Of a DNA stretch of 64,000 bases, positions 1-12,112 are shown piece by piece. Position numbers and translations under genes: made by a program. Within the stretch, counting starts at the first letter, position 1. Every line of letters starts with the position of its first letter. Origin of the DNA: Camelus ferus (Eukaryota); assembly GCF_009834535.1 (NCBI RefSeq), contig NC_045697.1, positions 22,384,001-22,448,000 on the forward strand. The letters are read 5' to 3'. The notes beneath the pieces were generated by a model. The model searched no databases. It was not told the DNA's origin and saw only the letters and a list, made by a program, of their open reading frames with translations.

Positions 1-30
1 GGTAGCTGATTAGCTCCTTAATAACTCTAA

Positions 31-252
31 ATATATATAAAATAGATAAACAACAAGGACCTACTGTATAGCACTATATACAATTGAATATAGTTCTATA
101 TATATATATTCAATTTCTTATAATAACGTATAATGGAAAAGCATCTGAAAAGAAAAAATTACGTATCTATGTATACATATAACTGAATCACTTTTTCTGT
201 ACACCCGAAACTAACATTGTAAATCAACATTACAATAAAAAAAATAATAAAA
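31..252 (+). mobile_element. L1 3' end (artiodactyl L1_Art/L1MA-type), 5'-truncated, with A-rich tail
   Basis: Motifs aaatagataaacaacaaggacctactgtatagcac ... ataactgaatcact..ctgtacacccgaaactaac..ttgtaaatcaac..caataaaaaaaa typical of the cetartiodactyl L1 3'UTR. Confidence 0.85.
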
Positions 253-2036
253 TGTAATCAATTTTCCTGCGTTTTTTGATCTAATACTCCTGTGTCTACT
301 CTTTGGCCCTTCAAGATAAAAGATACAACCCAAGAACAGCTCTTCCAATATTGGAAGGAAGTTGTACTCTCTTCTACTAAACTTTTCTTTTCTTTTCCCC
401 CAGCTGGCACCCTGTGCCTTTTTTTCTTTGTTTTCCTTTTATTATTTATGTTTTAATTTCAGAAAAATGAGTTTCTCTAATTTTGCAAATGTGTGAACAT
501 ATATACCGTTAAATTTAACTTGCAAAATTTAATGGGTTCTATTTTGGCTAATTTGATTTCAGAGAAATTTTATATAGAAATTTCATTGAGTCATGAAAGT
601 TGGTTTACATAAAAAATGCTCATGCAATTATGCATGCCTTCCTAGTATGCATGTGTATGTGTATGCATGTGTATGCGTTCAGTATATGTCAAAGAACAGA
701 ACTATAGAAATCTTATCACTCTGTAGTTTGTTCTTCACTTAGATGCTTGAAATTTGCAGCAAATTAACAGCATAGAAGATAAAATAACCCTATAGTTGTA
801 AAGTTGCTTTAAAATATTAACTCAAGAAACAGAGGACTGACACTGGCTTATAGCTAATGGAAACAAAACACTAATGAAGAGGTACTTTATTATCTCCAGA
901 CCTTGGAAATGCACTTGAAATTGAAATTGTAAAAGACAGCAAGTAAGTTATTAGATTTAGAAATTTTACAATAAAATCTTTTGTTATATATTTTAATGTA
1001 TCCTTTGTGCTCCCACAAGATTTTACGGCATGTGTTTTCAAAACTCATTTCTGTATTTTGAAATCTCTGCCTATAATGTCTTAAAGTTGTCAACAGTTGG
1101 AAAACAATAGACACAGTTCTTCTCAGAGTAGACTGTGTTTGTGGGTAGAGGGAGGGGTCATACTGCATGAGATGCCTGAGCAATGACAGGGCAACCCTAT
1201 GAAGGGAAGAATTCCTCTTCCAAAGGGTGTGGTGCCAGCTAGTCAGCTGGTCCGAGGCCTGGCTGGAGGCAAGGAGCTGAGGAATGGGTTGTGGCTGCAG
1301 GCCAGAGCTTTTCAAAGAGAAAAGGAAACAAAGAGATAGTAATCGACTTTACAGTCAGGCCAACCATATGGTACGGCTCACTGTCTCCAGCAGGTTGTTT
1401 TTTTTTTCCCCTCAATTTCCACCCTAAAATGAAGAAAGGAAGTGAGAACCTTTGAAAAGAATTCCTACAGCACATCACTGGGAAATCTTTGGGATTTGTT
1501 TTTATAAGCCAGGGAGACAAGATGACAGGAAGCTCATTGAAAAAAAAAGAAAGAAAGAAAAAAGAAAGAGAAGGAGATGGCTTTGGGAGACTTGGAAAAA
1601 TACAGCAAATGTACTACATTATGATATAGGAGTAGGGAGTCAGAGGATAAAAGTTACTGGAGTCTGCTGGTACTCCTGGGTGTGAACATAGCAAATGTCT
1701 CAGGACACCTGATAGATATGTGTGGAAGGACATATCATTCACCCTCTAATGGTCTGATATGAAAAATGAGGTCATTTAAATAGCTGGACAAAAAAAGACC
1801 AGCCAAGCTTGGGACATGGTGTAGATTCACACATATTCTGATTACTGAATTCTCAGTGCAAAGTCGAGAGGACGAAGATTGTTCTTAATGATCTAAGAGA
1901 CCAAAGCAATAGGTAACCATCTCCTGGGGAACTTTTTCATTTAATTCAGCAGGCAGGTTTAAAGGATTTATCTGTACAGATCATTATAGTTATGACAGAA
2001 TCAGTATTGTTCTTGGGGAAATGTTGAATTCTCTTA

Positions 2037-2116
2037 TTCACTCGTTTGTTCATTCAACCATTTATTTACTGATTTATTTGAGTAACTAAATTGTTTCAAA
2101 TGTTCTGGGCAGTAGA
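2037..2116 (-). mobile_element. L2 3' end fragment
   Basis: attcactcgtttgttcattcaaccatttatttactgatttatttgag, the (cattc)n/tttattgag signature of the L2 tail in reverse orientation. Confidence 0.55.
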
Positions 2117-3302
2117 ATTTTTCAGTGAAGTTTTTTTGACTACTACTTGATAGTGAAAGTTAATTTTGTAATACATGTAGAAATTCATTTACTTGGGTTC
2201 AAATGTTATAATACTGTAATTTGTAATTTGTAATACAGTAAAAGTTTAAGACTCATATCAATGAGTCTTTACCTCTAATTTTCTTAATTAGATTCAAACA
2301 TCTAACTCTTGTGTTATCTACTATATCATTAGTATACTATATATACTATGTATATATTAAATTTTTCACTTTTTCTCACATTAAGATTAAGATTAGTATG
2401 AAGAGACCACAAAAGATATGAGGAAAGAGTGTCTAAAGTGATTGCACAGATGAGGTTCTGATATGAACTTTTAAAAATATAGTAAGTTTTTAACAATATA
2501 ATATGTTATTCAAATAGTTAGGCTGTTGTTTTATAAGGACTCCTAACTCTGTAACAAAGACATTAGAATTCTACTACAGCAAAGGCTGCACTTGTCCAGT
2601 AAAATCCATTGTTTTCTTAGTCCTTTTAATAATGGAAATATAAATGCAACTCCATTTTGGTCTCTTTCTAAGAGCAGCTTAACTTATACCTTAGCTAATG
2701 CAAAACTCAACTCTGTCATTAGCCAGCTTTTCTAATGTTGAAAAATCATTTCACTGGGTTAGATCCACTCTAAGAATTTTTCCAGCTTGAAATGTCCATG
2801 AGCCTAAAACTGAGAAAGGTTATGTGACTGCAGAAAATCATTAGTATTCCTCACCATCTCACCCTCACAATTCCTGAAGGATCAAATTAATTTAGAGAGA
2901 GAATTGTATTAATATTGTTTGGTAAGAAAACATCCATTTCAAAGTCTACTTCTCTCTTTGGTCCTCACTGGGCGGTTTATGTTGCCTAAGACACACCGCT
3001 GGGAACTCTGTGACGTGAGTGTATTTCAGGATAAACCACTCATTGCCCGTACGTAACAGAAGTGTTCAGGATAGCGTAGAAACCAGAGAAATATGGGCAT
3101 CAAAAAGCAAGCTGAAGGAGAAAAACACTATTAGAGAAAAACAGAGGAAAAGGTAAGAAGTGAGACCTTCTCTCACCAGAAATGAGAGAGCAGCAAAAAG
3201 TAAATTTGATATTTGCCACAGAGAATGGCACTTTCCCATTCACACTTGAAGAAAGAGCATATTCACGGTGGATGGCTGAGCATACTGCTGGTTTTCAACA
3301 AA

Positions 3303-3575
3303 GCTCTTAGTGACTATCGAGTTGAACTGAGTACGACATGTAACTAACGAGGCCAAGTTCCCGTCCCCATGTGGGCTAGTTCACTGTGCCCTGTCCCATA
3401 ACCACGAAGCATGCCCCTGCCTTTGGCCAGCTGTCTCCAAAATGCACGCTCTTTGTCACAAAAGGGACCAGGTGTATACGGGTCAGTGCAAATCTATCTC
3501 ATCACTAGGAAGAACTCTTAAGGCAGGTGGTGGGTCAGGAGTGTCACCTCAGCGTTACAAAGGATGGCATGTGTT
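3303..3575 (+). mobile_element. MamSINE1-like ancient tRNA-derived SINE
   Basis: tagtgactatcgagttgaactg..ctaacgaggccaag..ccccatgtgggctagtt..ggccagctgtctccaaaatgcacgc..gtcacaaaagggaccagg..gtcagtgcaaatc..ggtgggtcag matches the recalled MamSINE1 consensus in order. Confidence 0.7.
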
Positions 3576-5287
3576 CTTATTTGGAAAAGTAAAGTGAAGA
3601 TTTGTCAGTTATCCGGTTGTAATTGAATATTTGGGCTAGAAATCCAATCAAGTTTAGGTTAGGTGGTCAACATGTAGGTTTATGTGATTTACTAAAGGCA
3701 CTACTTACGACTTCAGGGTCTCAAACTTAACGTCTTTTAGATGAGAGTAGGGAGTGGTGGAAATGGTAATGAATTGGGTGTTTAAGGCTGCACCTAATGT
3801 GATAGAAAATTATAGTAAGAAAAACTCATTCACCAGACGCCTGACTTATTTGGGCCTGTTATCCAGAGTTAGAAAATCACACTATAGATGGGGCTTAAGT
3901 GCCTTATGATAGAACAAAATGTATTGATTTGATTAAAAAGCTCATAATAAATACTTAGAATTTTTTGTTGTAACTATTTGTTTAAATATGTATCCCCTCA
4001 CCAGACACTGAATTCCACAAAGAAAGTACCATATCTTGCTTATTTTTTTTTATACTAAAGCAAAATATGCAACATGGCACCCCCTCCATGGATGGTAACA
4101 GTTTTTCTAATGCACAGCTGCAGTGTAAACACAAGATTGTATAACAGTCTTAATTATCTACAGTATTAATTTCACTTTCCTACACATATTTAAATTCTGG
4201 TGTGCTAGAATTTGATTAGAATAAATAGAGATAATCAGATATGCAAAATCTTATTCGCAGCAGTAAAGAACAGAAAACTAAAAGTTCATTTAATCTATAT
4301 GAATTTTCTCTTCCTTTAACTAGACTTTATCATGGAAATTAAACAGACTTCAGTTTAGTGTACCTCTCAACAGAACCACTAAGAGAAGTATTTGCTTAGT
4401 TGCTAGATTTAATGCTAACTTAAAGCAGATGAAGATAAAATGGAAATAAACAGTAATTAAATTACACAGAAATGTCTGGATGAAATAAAACAATTCTTTA
4501 CAGTTTCTAGGTAATGGCAAAAGTGTTTCTGGCAAGAAAAGCATAATTAACAGCAGTGTTAAAGCTTTGCTTTACATTCTTTTGGCAATGGAGTCGACTA
4601 AGTTGAAAGCTGTTAAGTAGAGTATTTGAGTTTCATATTAATTTGCATTTCACTTGACTGCGTTTTACTGTTTTGCAAGCATGAAACAGGGGGGTCTGGG
4701 TTCAACACAACAAATTACTGTACAAAATAAAAAATTGCTACCGAAGCAGCTTTGTGTTTCCAGGGGGTTTGTCGTGCTGTGAGGAAAAAAGAAAAAAAAT
4801 AAAGAAAAGAAAAAGAAGCGTTGATTCTTTTAGAGGCATTTCAGCACCAGATCTGCACTATCAAAAATAGACCTCGAACATAGAGTTATCTAGAAATTCA
4901 GCAGTTTGCAAACAAGTGCACCAGGGATTAGTTTTTTCACACTAAAATATTTTTGCTACACATCAGCAAGTCCTTGAGGAGAGCCTGCTGGCTCCAAAGG
5001 CCCGCAGTTTGCTGTCGAAACAGCAGAGAAATAATGTTTAGCCGGTCCTAACAGGGAAACCATGATGTAGCTGCCCTTTATGGTAACTCTCACATTTGAC
5101 CCAAAATGGTTTAACCACTGGGATTGAAGAGAAGGACTTCATTTTAATACCTATTTCTTAACCTTTGACAACTTGTATTATTATTGTTTAGAAGTGCTAA
5201 GTACACAAGCCACCTCTTCTGTCCACAGGCATGGATCACAAAATACAGAATGCAAGTCAACTGATTTCCAAAACCAACAAAATTGTT

Positions 5288-5428
5288 GGGGAGGGTAGAG
5301 CTCAATGGTAAGAGTGTGAATACCTAGCATTCACAAGGTCCTGGGTTCAATCCCCAGCACCTCCATTACAATAAATAAGTAAAGAAATAAACCTAATTAC
5401 CTCCCCCCCAAACAAAACAAACCAAAAA
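5288..5428 (+). mobile_element. Camelid tRNA-derived SINE (Vic-1-like)
   Basis: ggggagggtagagctcaatggt (A box), ggtcctgggttcaatccccagcacctcc (B box), tail aaataaacctaattacctccccccc plus A-rich end; degenerate TSD caacaaaatt / caacgaatt. Confidence 0.9.
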
Positions 5429-5625
5429 ACAACGAATTCGAATGTGTGTTTGTGCTTGTGGATCTGCGGGTATGCAGGTGTGTGTGTTTACCATCAATGC
5501 AGTGTGTTGGTAAACAGTTGGCAGTGATCAAATTAAAAACAAAGAGAATCTTGCTCTGAGCGTACTATTACCTGAGTCTGTTCTCTGCATTATTAGGAAC
5601 TGTGTTATTGCACTTTCTAGTAGAG

Positions 5626-5800
5626 AAAATGCAAATTAAAATACCATTTTTACAATCCAAATTAATAGAATTTTTTCAAAAGATATTGTAGATTTGTGTT
5701 ATGGACACTCTTATTTGCTGCTGGTCAGAGTATAATTTAAAATGACTTTTCTGGTAAACAATTTTGCAGTATAGCAAGAGAGTAAAAGTATTTCATAGCC
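5626..5800 (+). mobile_element. Old L1 (L1ME-like) ORF2-end/3'UTR fragment
   Basis: aaatgcaaattaaaatacc...acactcttatttgctgctgg..agtataatt..tttctggtaaacaattttgcagtat. Confidence 0.6.
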
Positions 5801-5854
5801 TGTGTCCTAGAGTATGAATAAATAATAAGATAATCAGAGATAGAGATTAAAATG

Positions 5855-6002
5855 CCTATTTTTCATTGATTCTGAGTTTTACTTTTTTTACATTTTAACC
5901 TCTGAAATTGGGATGAATCTTCCAATTGTTAGTATCTTAGAATTGTCATGGTTTAATTAGCACTTTTTCTTCTCATTGGTATCTTTGTGAAGTGAAATAT
6001 GG
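5855..6002. mobile_element. TcMar-Tc2 MITE (MER104-like)
   Basis: Termini cctatttttcattgattct ... gtgaaatatgg and internal tttacattttaacctctgaaattgggatgaatctt, catggtttaattagcactttttct. Confidence 0.65.
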
Positions 6003-6294
6003 TGTATACGAAGACATTTGTTATAGCAAAAGCAAAAAGATGGAAGTAATAAAATGGTTTTTTTCCCCTTTTTCAGTTTTATTAAGTAGAATTATTACCG
6101 TTTGATTGCACATCTACGTTATATTGTATGTAAATACATATATATAATATACTGTACACATTTTTTTGTAGTTTACATATATGTACTGATCATTGTTTCT
6201 AAGAACAGATTAGAGCTTTAGCTTTTTAAACTTACATAGTTATCAAAGGAATAAAGCCAACCACAAAATAAGAAAGTACCACATAGAATGTACA

Positions 6295-6632
6295 CAAATG
6301 CATGTAAAAAATAGTAAAAACTGAATATAATCTGTAGTCTGGTTAACAGTACTGTACCAATGTCAATTTTATCATTTTTATATTGTACTACTTACATTCT
6401 TGAAACTTCCTGTGTCTTTAATTATTTCAAAGTAAAAAGTTTTTTTTAGTGTCCTAGAGCTGAGTGGGATGAAGACTGGACAGTGATGGCTAAGGGGAGT
6501 AGGCTTCTTTTGAGGTAACAAAATGTCTTTAAGTTGTGGTAATGGATACATATGCTAAAAACCATTGAACTGTACACTTTAAATGGGTGAATTGTATGTT
6601 ATGAGAATTATATCAATAAAACTGTTAAAAAA
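6295..6632 (+). mobile_element. Two abutting old L1 3' ends (L1MC-like then L1MB/ME-like)
   Basis: gttaacagtactgtaccaatgtcaatttt..gaaacttcctgtg..tttcaaagtaaaaagtt, then aaaaccattgaactgtacactttaaatgggtgaattgtatg..tatcaataaaactgttaaaaaa. Confidence 0.75.
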
Positions 6633-8740
6633 GTAAAAAAACAGAAACTGTTACTGTACAATAATATTCCTAAAGTCATTACACTATTTCAGCTTCCTTT
6701 TATCTAGGTCAGCTTCCTCCTACATACTAATGTGGGCTTCAATAATTATATGTTAATCTAATTAATTCTTATGACCATGAGGTAACCTAAAGTATTTTAA
6801 GGTTTTGACCTCTGAACTTCTTATTTTAATGCACTTATATTTTTCACCAAAAACCTGCAAGAGAAGTAAGTAAAAAATACAACTCTAATAAGTAAGGAGA
6901 TAGCAATTCGTTATTGAAGGAGCTTTTATATTGGCAGCTGTCCAGATAGCAAATAAAGTTGTTTATATATTTGCTCATTAGTGAAATGAAATGATACCGA
7001 TTTCATTCATTCCCATTTCGTGTTTCCTATGTTTCAAAGCAACTTTTTAATACACACTCTAAAGGTTTATCTGGAGCTCTTGTGCTGTGATTTGCTTTCT
7101 TTTAATCTCTAACTAGATATAATTAATGAAATCTTACTGAATGAGGTGTTGTTGGCTCCTTCTAAAATCTTCCCACTCGTTCATTTGAGTTTGGCTGTAA
7201 ATTTCAGTGACTGCAAAATCGCGGGATGCACACCACCATAGCGACTCTGGGGCTGAGATATGTTAATGAAAGGCCTTAGGTGTCAGATAGCTGATGCATT
7301 CCAGGGCTATTTGGGGCGACTAAGAGCCTGTCACAGTGGGGGACGCTGCTCTGTAGCCCTAGGTTTATCTTGAGACGTTCAGACAGGGAGATAAAATGCA
7401 TATTAATCCCAAAGGATAAACAGTCTTTGCTGTTGTATTGGATAAGCATCTGCTTTGTCAGATTTAGCCTAAATGTGGGCAAATGGAGAGATATCAGTGG
7501 TGAATTATCGGAGAGGGGGTGGGGGCTGAGAGGAGGAAGTCATAAGAGAAGTGGATGGTGTCCACCGCACTTTGGTTGTCTGCCCCAGTGCTAGCCTCTC
7601 ACCCACCATTCCTGAGGCGTCTGCATTATGGGTAGCCTTAAATAAAGTTGATATTTTCATTTTCTTCTGACTTTTTTTCCCCCCCAAGATCTGCCAAGGG
7701 GAATCCAGAGTGCAAGAGAATAACTAATTGACAGCTCCAAACTAAGAAGTATCAGGACCCTTCACACAGAGTTTCTTGAGGTTAAGGATGTGCTATTGTT
7801 TTGGACAATTTTTCTATAATGTCCAGCACCATATTAGGAAAAATAAGTACTGTATACATATTTGCTGAATGAGTATCCCAGGGATTATGAGGTTTGTACC
7901 TTCTGGCTAATGCAACACTTGTCTTTATTATTATTATTATTATTTTTTTTTTTTCTGAAAAGGAACATTGCAAAAATCACACCATAAGCCTTTAGAAGAA
8001 GCAGAGCAACAGAGTTGTTATTTATTTAACCATATTCTGGTCCTCTGTCCTCAAGCACCACCTACTTTTACTTCATCTTTCCAAAAAAGCTAAATAAATA
8101 TACATGTTACAATACAGGAACAACCTTTGTGCTGGGGGCATCACCATAGGTCACTGTCACCACCAGTAAAAGGCAAGATTTGGAACACAAATCCAAAGAA
8201 TTATCCACTTATTTTGAATACTGCCTTAACAGTTCTGCTTAGAGAAAAGGTTAAATGACTTCTTATTTTTCTTCTCCATTATGATCATTGCATAATAATA
8301 AATTTAGAGCCAAGGGGATTTTTGAAATGCTGGCTAGATTCCCATTCTAACAATGCATTTTTGGGAAGTGTGTTGAAATGAGGCTTTAGAAGCTGTGCCC
8401 ACTTTTGCAGGATTAATTCTGTAAACACATAGCTGATAAATGCTGTATCAAGGTCTCAGATACTCGATATAGAGCAAATATTTTCAGTGGTTTAGATCTA
8501 TTTCAACTTGCATGTTTTCCGTATCAACAATATTCTATTTTTCATGAAGTCTTCTGCATACTTCTTAGTTTTCTTCCTCAAAGGCAAATATATAAGGATA
8601 ATTCTAGAAGACAGAATCAAAATATTTTTTTTAATGCTGATTCCTTTATTGATCATGGACATTTTCCCCTCACTGCCTGTGGGGATCTGTTTCATAGCTG
8701 AGATTCTATCTAGTACATTTCCTTAAAAATTCTATTTGCT

Positions 8741-9223
8741 TATGGCGGCAGCCATCTCCAAGACAGCCCTAAGGAAACTGGACTCTTGATATTCACACCT
8801 TGTGTAGTCTCCCAAATTGTTAACAGGATTGTTCTGTGTGACCAGGAGAAAGTGCACTTTGCCAAAGAAATTATTATTTCTACCTAGTTCTCCTGGATCT
8901 CTCATTACGGGGAAGCCAGCCACCATGTCAAGCAGCCCTCTTGAAATATACAAGTGGCAAGAAACCAAACCTCCTACCAAGAGGAAGAACCAGCTTGCCA
9001 GCCATGAGGAAGCCATCAAGGAGGTGGATCCTCCAGGCCCAGTCAAGCTTGCAGAAGACTGTAGACCCCAGCATCTTGACAGCAAATTCATGAGGTATCC
9101 CATGCCAGAACCAGCCAGTTAACTCTCCCCAAATCCTTAAACCACAGAAACCACGAAATAAATGTTTATTTTTGTTTAAAGTAATCAAATTTTGATTGTT
9201 ATACAGCAACAGGTAACTAAAAC
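8741..9223 (+). mobile_element. MaLR LTR (MLT1F/G-like)
   Basis: ggggaagccagccaccatg..cagcttgccagccatgag..gtggatcctccaggcccagtcaagc..ccacagaaacc..aataaatgtttattttgtttaa..gttatacagcaacaggtaactaaaaca. Confidence 0.8.
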
Positions 9224-9415
9224 ACTCACCCAATAAACTTTGCTTTCTGAAAGATGTGAAGGAGTGATCTTTGAAGGATTTTGTAGACCATTATTCTAGG
9301 ATCAAGAAAATGTATTAATAGTCACCCCTGTGATCAATGAGATAAGTCCTTCCTGGAGTGAAAAGATGATTTTCCCTGCTGTAGTGAAAGAAAAATGCTT
9401 CTCTTGCTCCCTCTC

Positions 9416-9780
9416 GGGACTTTGCAGATGTAATTAGATTAAAGATCTTGAGATGAGATTATGCAGGTGGATCCAATGTAATCGCAAGATCTTTGTAAGT
9501 AGAGGCAGGAGATTAAAGGTCAGAGAGAGACTAAAGATGCTATGCTGCTGATTTTTAAAATGAAGAAACCATGAACGAAGGAATGAAGGCAAGTCTCTAG
9601 AAGCTGGAAAAGGCAAACAGACTCTCCTCTAGAGCCTTCAGAAAGAGCTTGGTCCTTTTTGATTTTAATCCAGTGAAACCCATTATGGACAGTTGACCTC
9701 TATAATTATAATATATTTGTGTTGCCTTGAGACACTGTGTCTGTGGTAATTTTTTACAGTAGTGATTGGAAACTAATTCA
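9416..9780 (+). mobile_element. MaLR LTR (MLT1D-like), 5'-truncated
   Basis: gggactttgcagatgtaatta..tctagaagctggaaaaggcaa..ctctcctctagagccttcagaa..ggtaattttttacagtag..ggaaactaattca. Confidence 0.85.
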
Positions 9781-10029
9781 CCCATGTTTCAAAAGATGTA
9801 GTAAAATTTAAGAGGTCATGACTATATCATTTTTATTTTGTCTCCTTCAACCAAAGCTTAACTAATATTGAAATGCCAGGCTCAAATATATTGCTTCCAA
9901 GAAGTCTTTTTAATTCTTCAGTTTTAAAGTATTCTCATCCTCTGCTCTCAAGATGAAGGGAAGATTTTGACTTACCGTTAACCATAGAATGTATTGTACT
10001 ATTACTTATATTGGCCTTTAAAACTATTA

Positions 10030-10185
10030 TTTAACTTGTAATGTGTGTGTTCTCTTTCACTGTACTGAAAATATCAGTTGCTTGAGAAGAGATTAGAAAT
10101 CTTGTGCTGTTGGCATTAGCTACACCTCCACCATCACTGGACCTTGCTGGTGTTCACTCAGTAAATACTTGTTGATTGGATTGGT
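10030..10185 (+). mobile_element. L2 3' end
   Basis: Ends cactcagtaaatacttgttgattggattgg. Confidence 0.5.
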
Positions 10186-12024
10186 TGTAATTCCACTTTT
10201 TCTTTGTTGCATTTCTCCACTGAGGTGTAATTTACATAAAATAAAATGCACAGGTTTTATGCATTCATTTGAATGAGTTTGTAAAATTTATACAGCAATG
10301 TAATCACCATGCAAAGTAAGATACAAAACATTTCTATCATCCTCCAAAGTTTCCTTCTATTCCTCACAGCCAATTCCTATTCTCCAAGAAGCAATTAATT
10401 TTGACTTCTTTCACTCAACAGAATGTGTATTACTAGTGGTATCTCTTGATGTGATTACAATGCAAACTGTTTTATCTATTCTCTGGTACTGAGTTAGAGG
10501 AGATATTTATTTAACTTTGTCAGACATTGATAACATTATGCTTCCAAGTCTGCCATTTTACACCTCAGCCAGTAAAGATGAAAATTCCTGGGGTCCTACA
10601 TTCTTGCCAGTATTTGGTACCATCAGAATTTTTAATCTAAGCTACTTCAGTGAAAATGAAATAATGTTTCATCCTTGCTTTAATTTACATTTTACTGATG
10701 ATTAGCAATGTTGAGGATCTTTTCATGGTATCTATATATCATCTATTTCAGATATCTGTTCATCTTTTGGCTATTAAAAAATTTTCTTTGAAATTTTATT
10801 GTTAATGTGTAAGAGTTATTTTAAAATGCTGAATCTAATTCTTTTGTATTAAATTTCCCATTAGACTGTGGCTTATTCTTAACATTGACTTTTGATGAGC
10901 AGAAATTTTTAATTTTGATGAAGTCCAATGTATTAGTTGTGTTCTTTTTTTACTTAGTACTTTTCATGTAAAGTCTAAGACATACTGAACTACTTAAGGT
11001 TCCAAAGATATTCTTCTATGCACTTTTCTCCTAGAGATTTGTGATTTTTGCTTTGATATTTAAGTCTCTGATTCATCTCAAATTAAATTTTGGGTATAGA
11101 GTGAAGTATGGAACAATGGTCTTTTTTACATATGTACAGATGTTCATTTGTTTACTATCATTTGAAATATATATATATATATGGTTTTTTTTTTTTCCCT
11201 CCACTGAATTGCCTAAGTGCCTCTGTTGAAAATCAATTGACCATATATGTGTGGGGTGTGGGGTCTGGGTCCAGGCTTTCTGTCCTGTTCTGTTAATCTG
11301 TAAATTTATGCTTAAAATAATACTATGCCGCCTTGATTAATGTTAACTTTATAATTAGTCTTAAGATCCGGTTGTGTAAATATCTGTCATCTGCTCGTTT
11401 TTTTTCTAGATTGGTTTGACTTTTCTGGATGCTGTACATTTCTAAACAAATTTAAAATGAACTTGCTATTTTCTTTTAAAAAATTCTATTAGGATTCTGA
11501 TTGTGATTGGGTTGATCTACAGATCATTTTGAAGGAATGGATAGTATTGTTTTTCAATCCAAGAAGATGATGTAACTTTCCATTTTCTTAGATTTTCATT
11601 CATTATTTTAACAATGATTTATAATTTTCAAAGTGGAGCTTTACCCATTGTATTCTCTCTAAATATTTCACAATTTTATACTGTTATAGTTATCTTTTAA
11701 AATTTATTTTTCCTAAAGCTGCATAGAAATACAAAATTAATTTTTGTATATTGATCATGTATCCTACAACTTTGGTAAATTCTGTTACTTTTCTAGTGGG
11801 GTTTATTTTGTTGTTGTCATCATTATATCCTTCAGGTTTCTTAGGAGCCCAATCTTTTGACTATAAATAAGGAAGGTTTTACTTCTTCCTTTCCAGTCTG
11901 GATGCCTTGTCTTAAAGCAGTGGTTAATGCATCATTTCTGGTACAATGATGAATACAGTTATCGAAACTGCACATCATTGTCCTGTTCTCATTCTTTGGG
12001 GAAAGCAATTTATGTTTCCTTTTT

Positions 12025-12112
12025 TTTTAACATCATTTATTAATTTATAATCATTTTACAATGTTGTGTCAAATTCCAGTGTAGAGCACAATTTTTCAGT
12101 TATACATGAACA
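12025..12112 (-). mobile_element. Young camelid L1 extreme 3' end inserted in the old L1
   Basis: Reverse complement reads catgtataactgaaaaattgtgctctacactggaatttgacacaacattgtaaaatgattataa..polyA; perfect TSD ttatgtttccttttt at 12010-12024 and 12113-12127. Confidence 0.9.

Noticed and set aside
890..1315. 141-aa minus-strand ORF
   Set aside because: No recognisable domain, non-ATG start in the sequence, no consistent splice context; treated as a chance ORF
4840..4860. REST/RE1-like TTCAGCACC
   Set aside because: Only the left half-site; the GGACAG right half is absent
5288..5365. tRNA-like sequence with A and B boxes
   Set aside because: It is the head of a SINE, followed by the SINE tail and TSD, with a degenerate cloverleaf; not a tRNA gene
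8732..9233. Three overlapping ORFs of 100-123 aa
   Set aside because: All lie in an MLT1 LTR, which is non-coding
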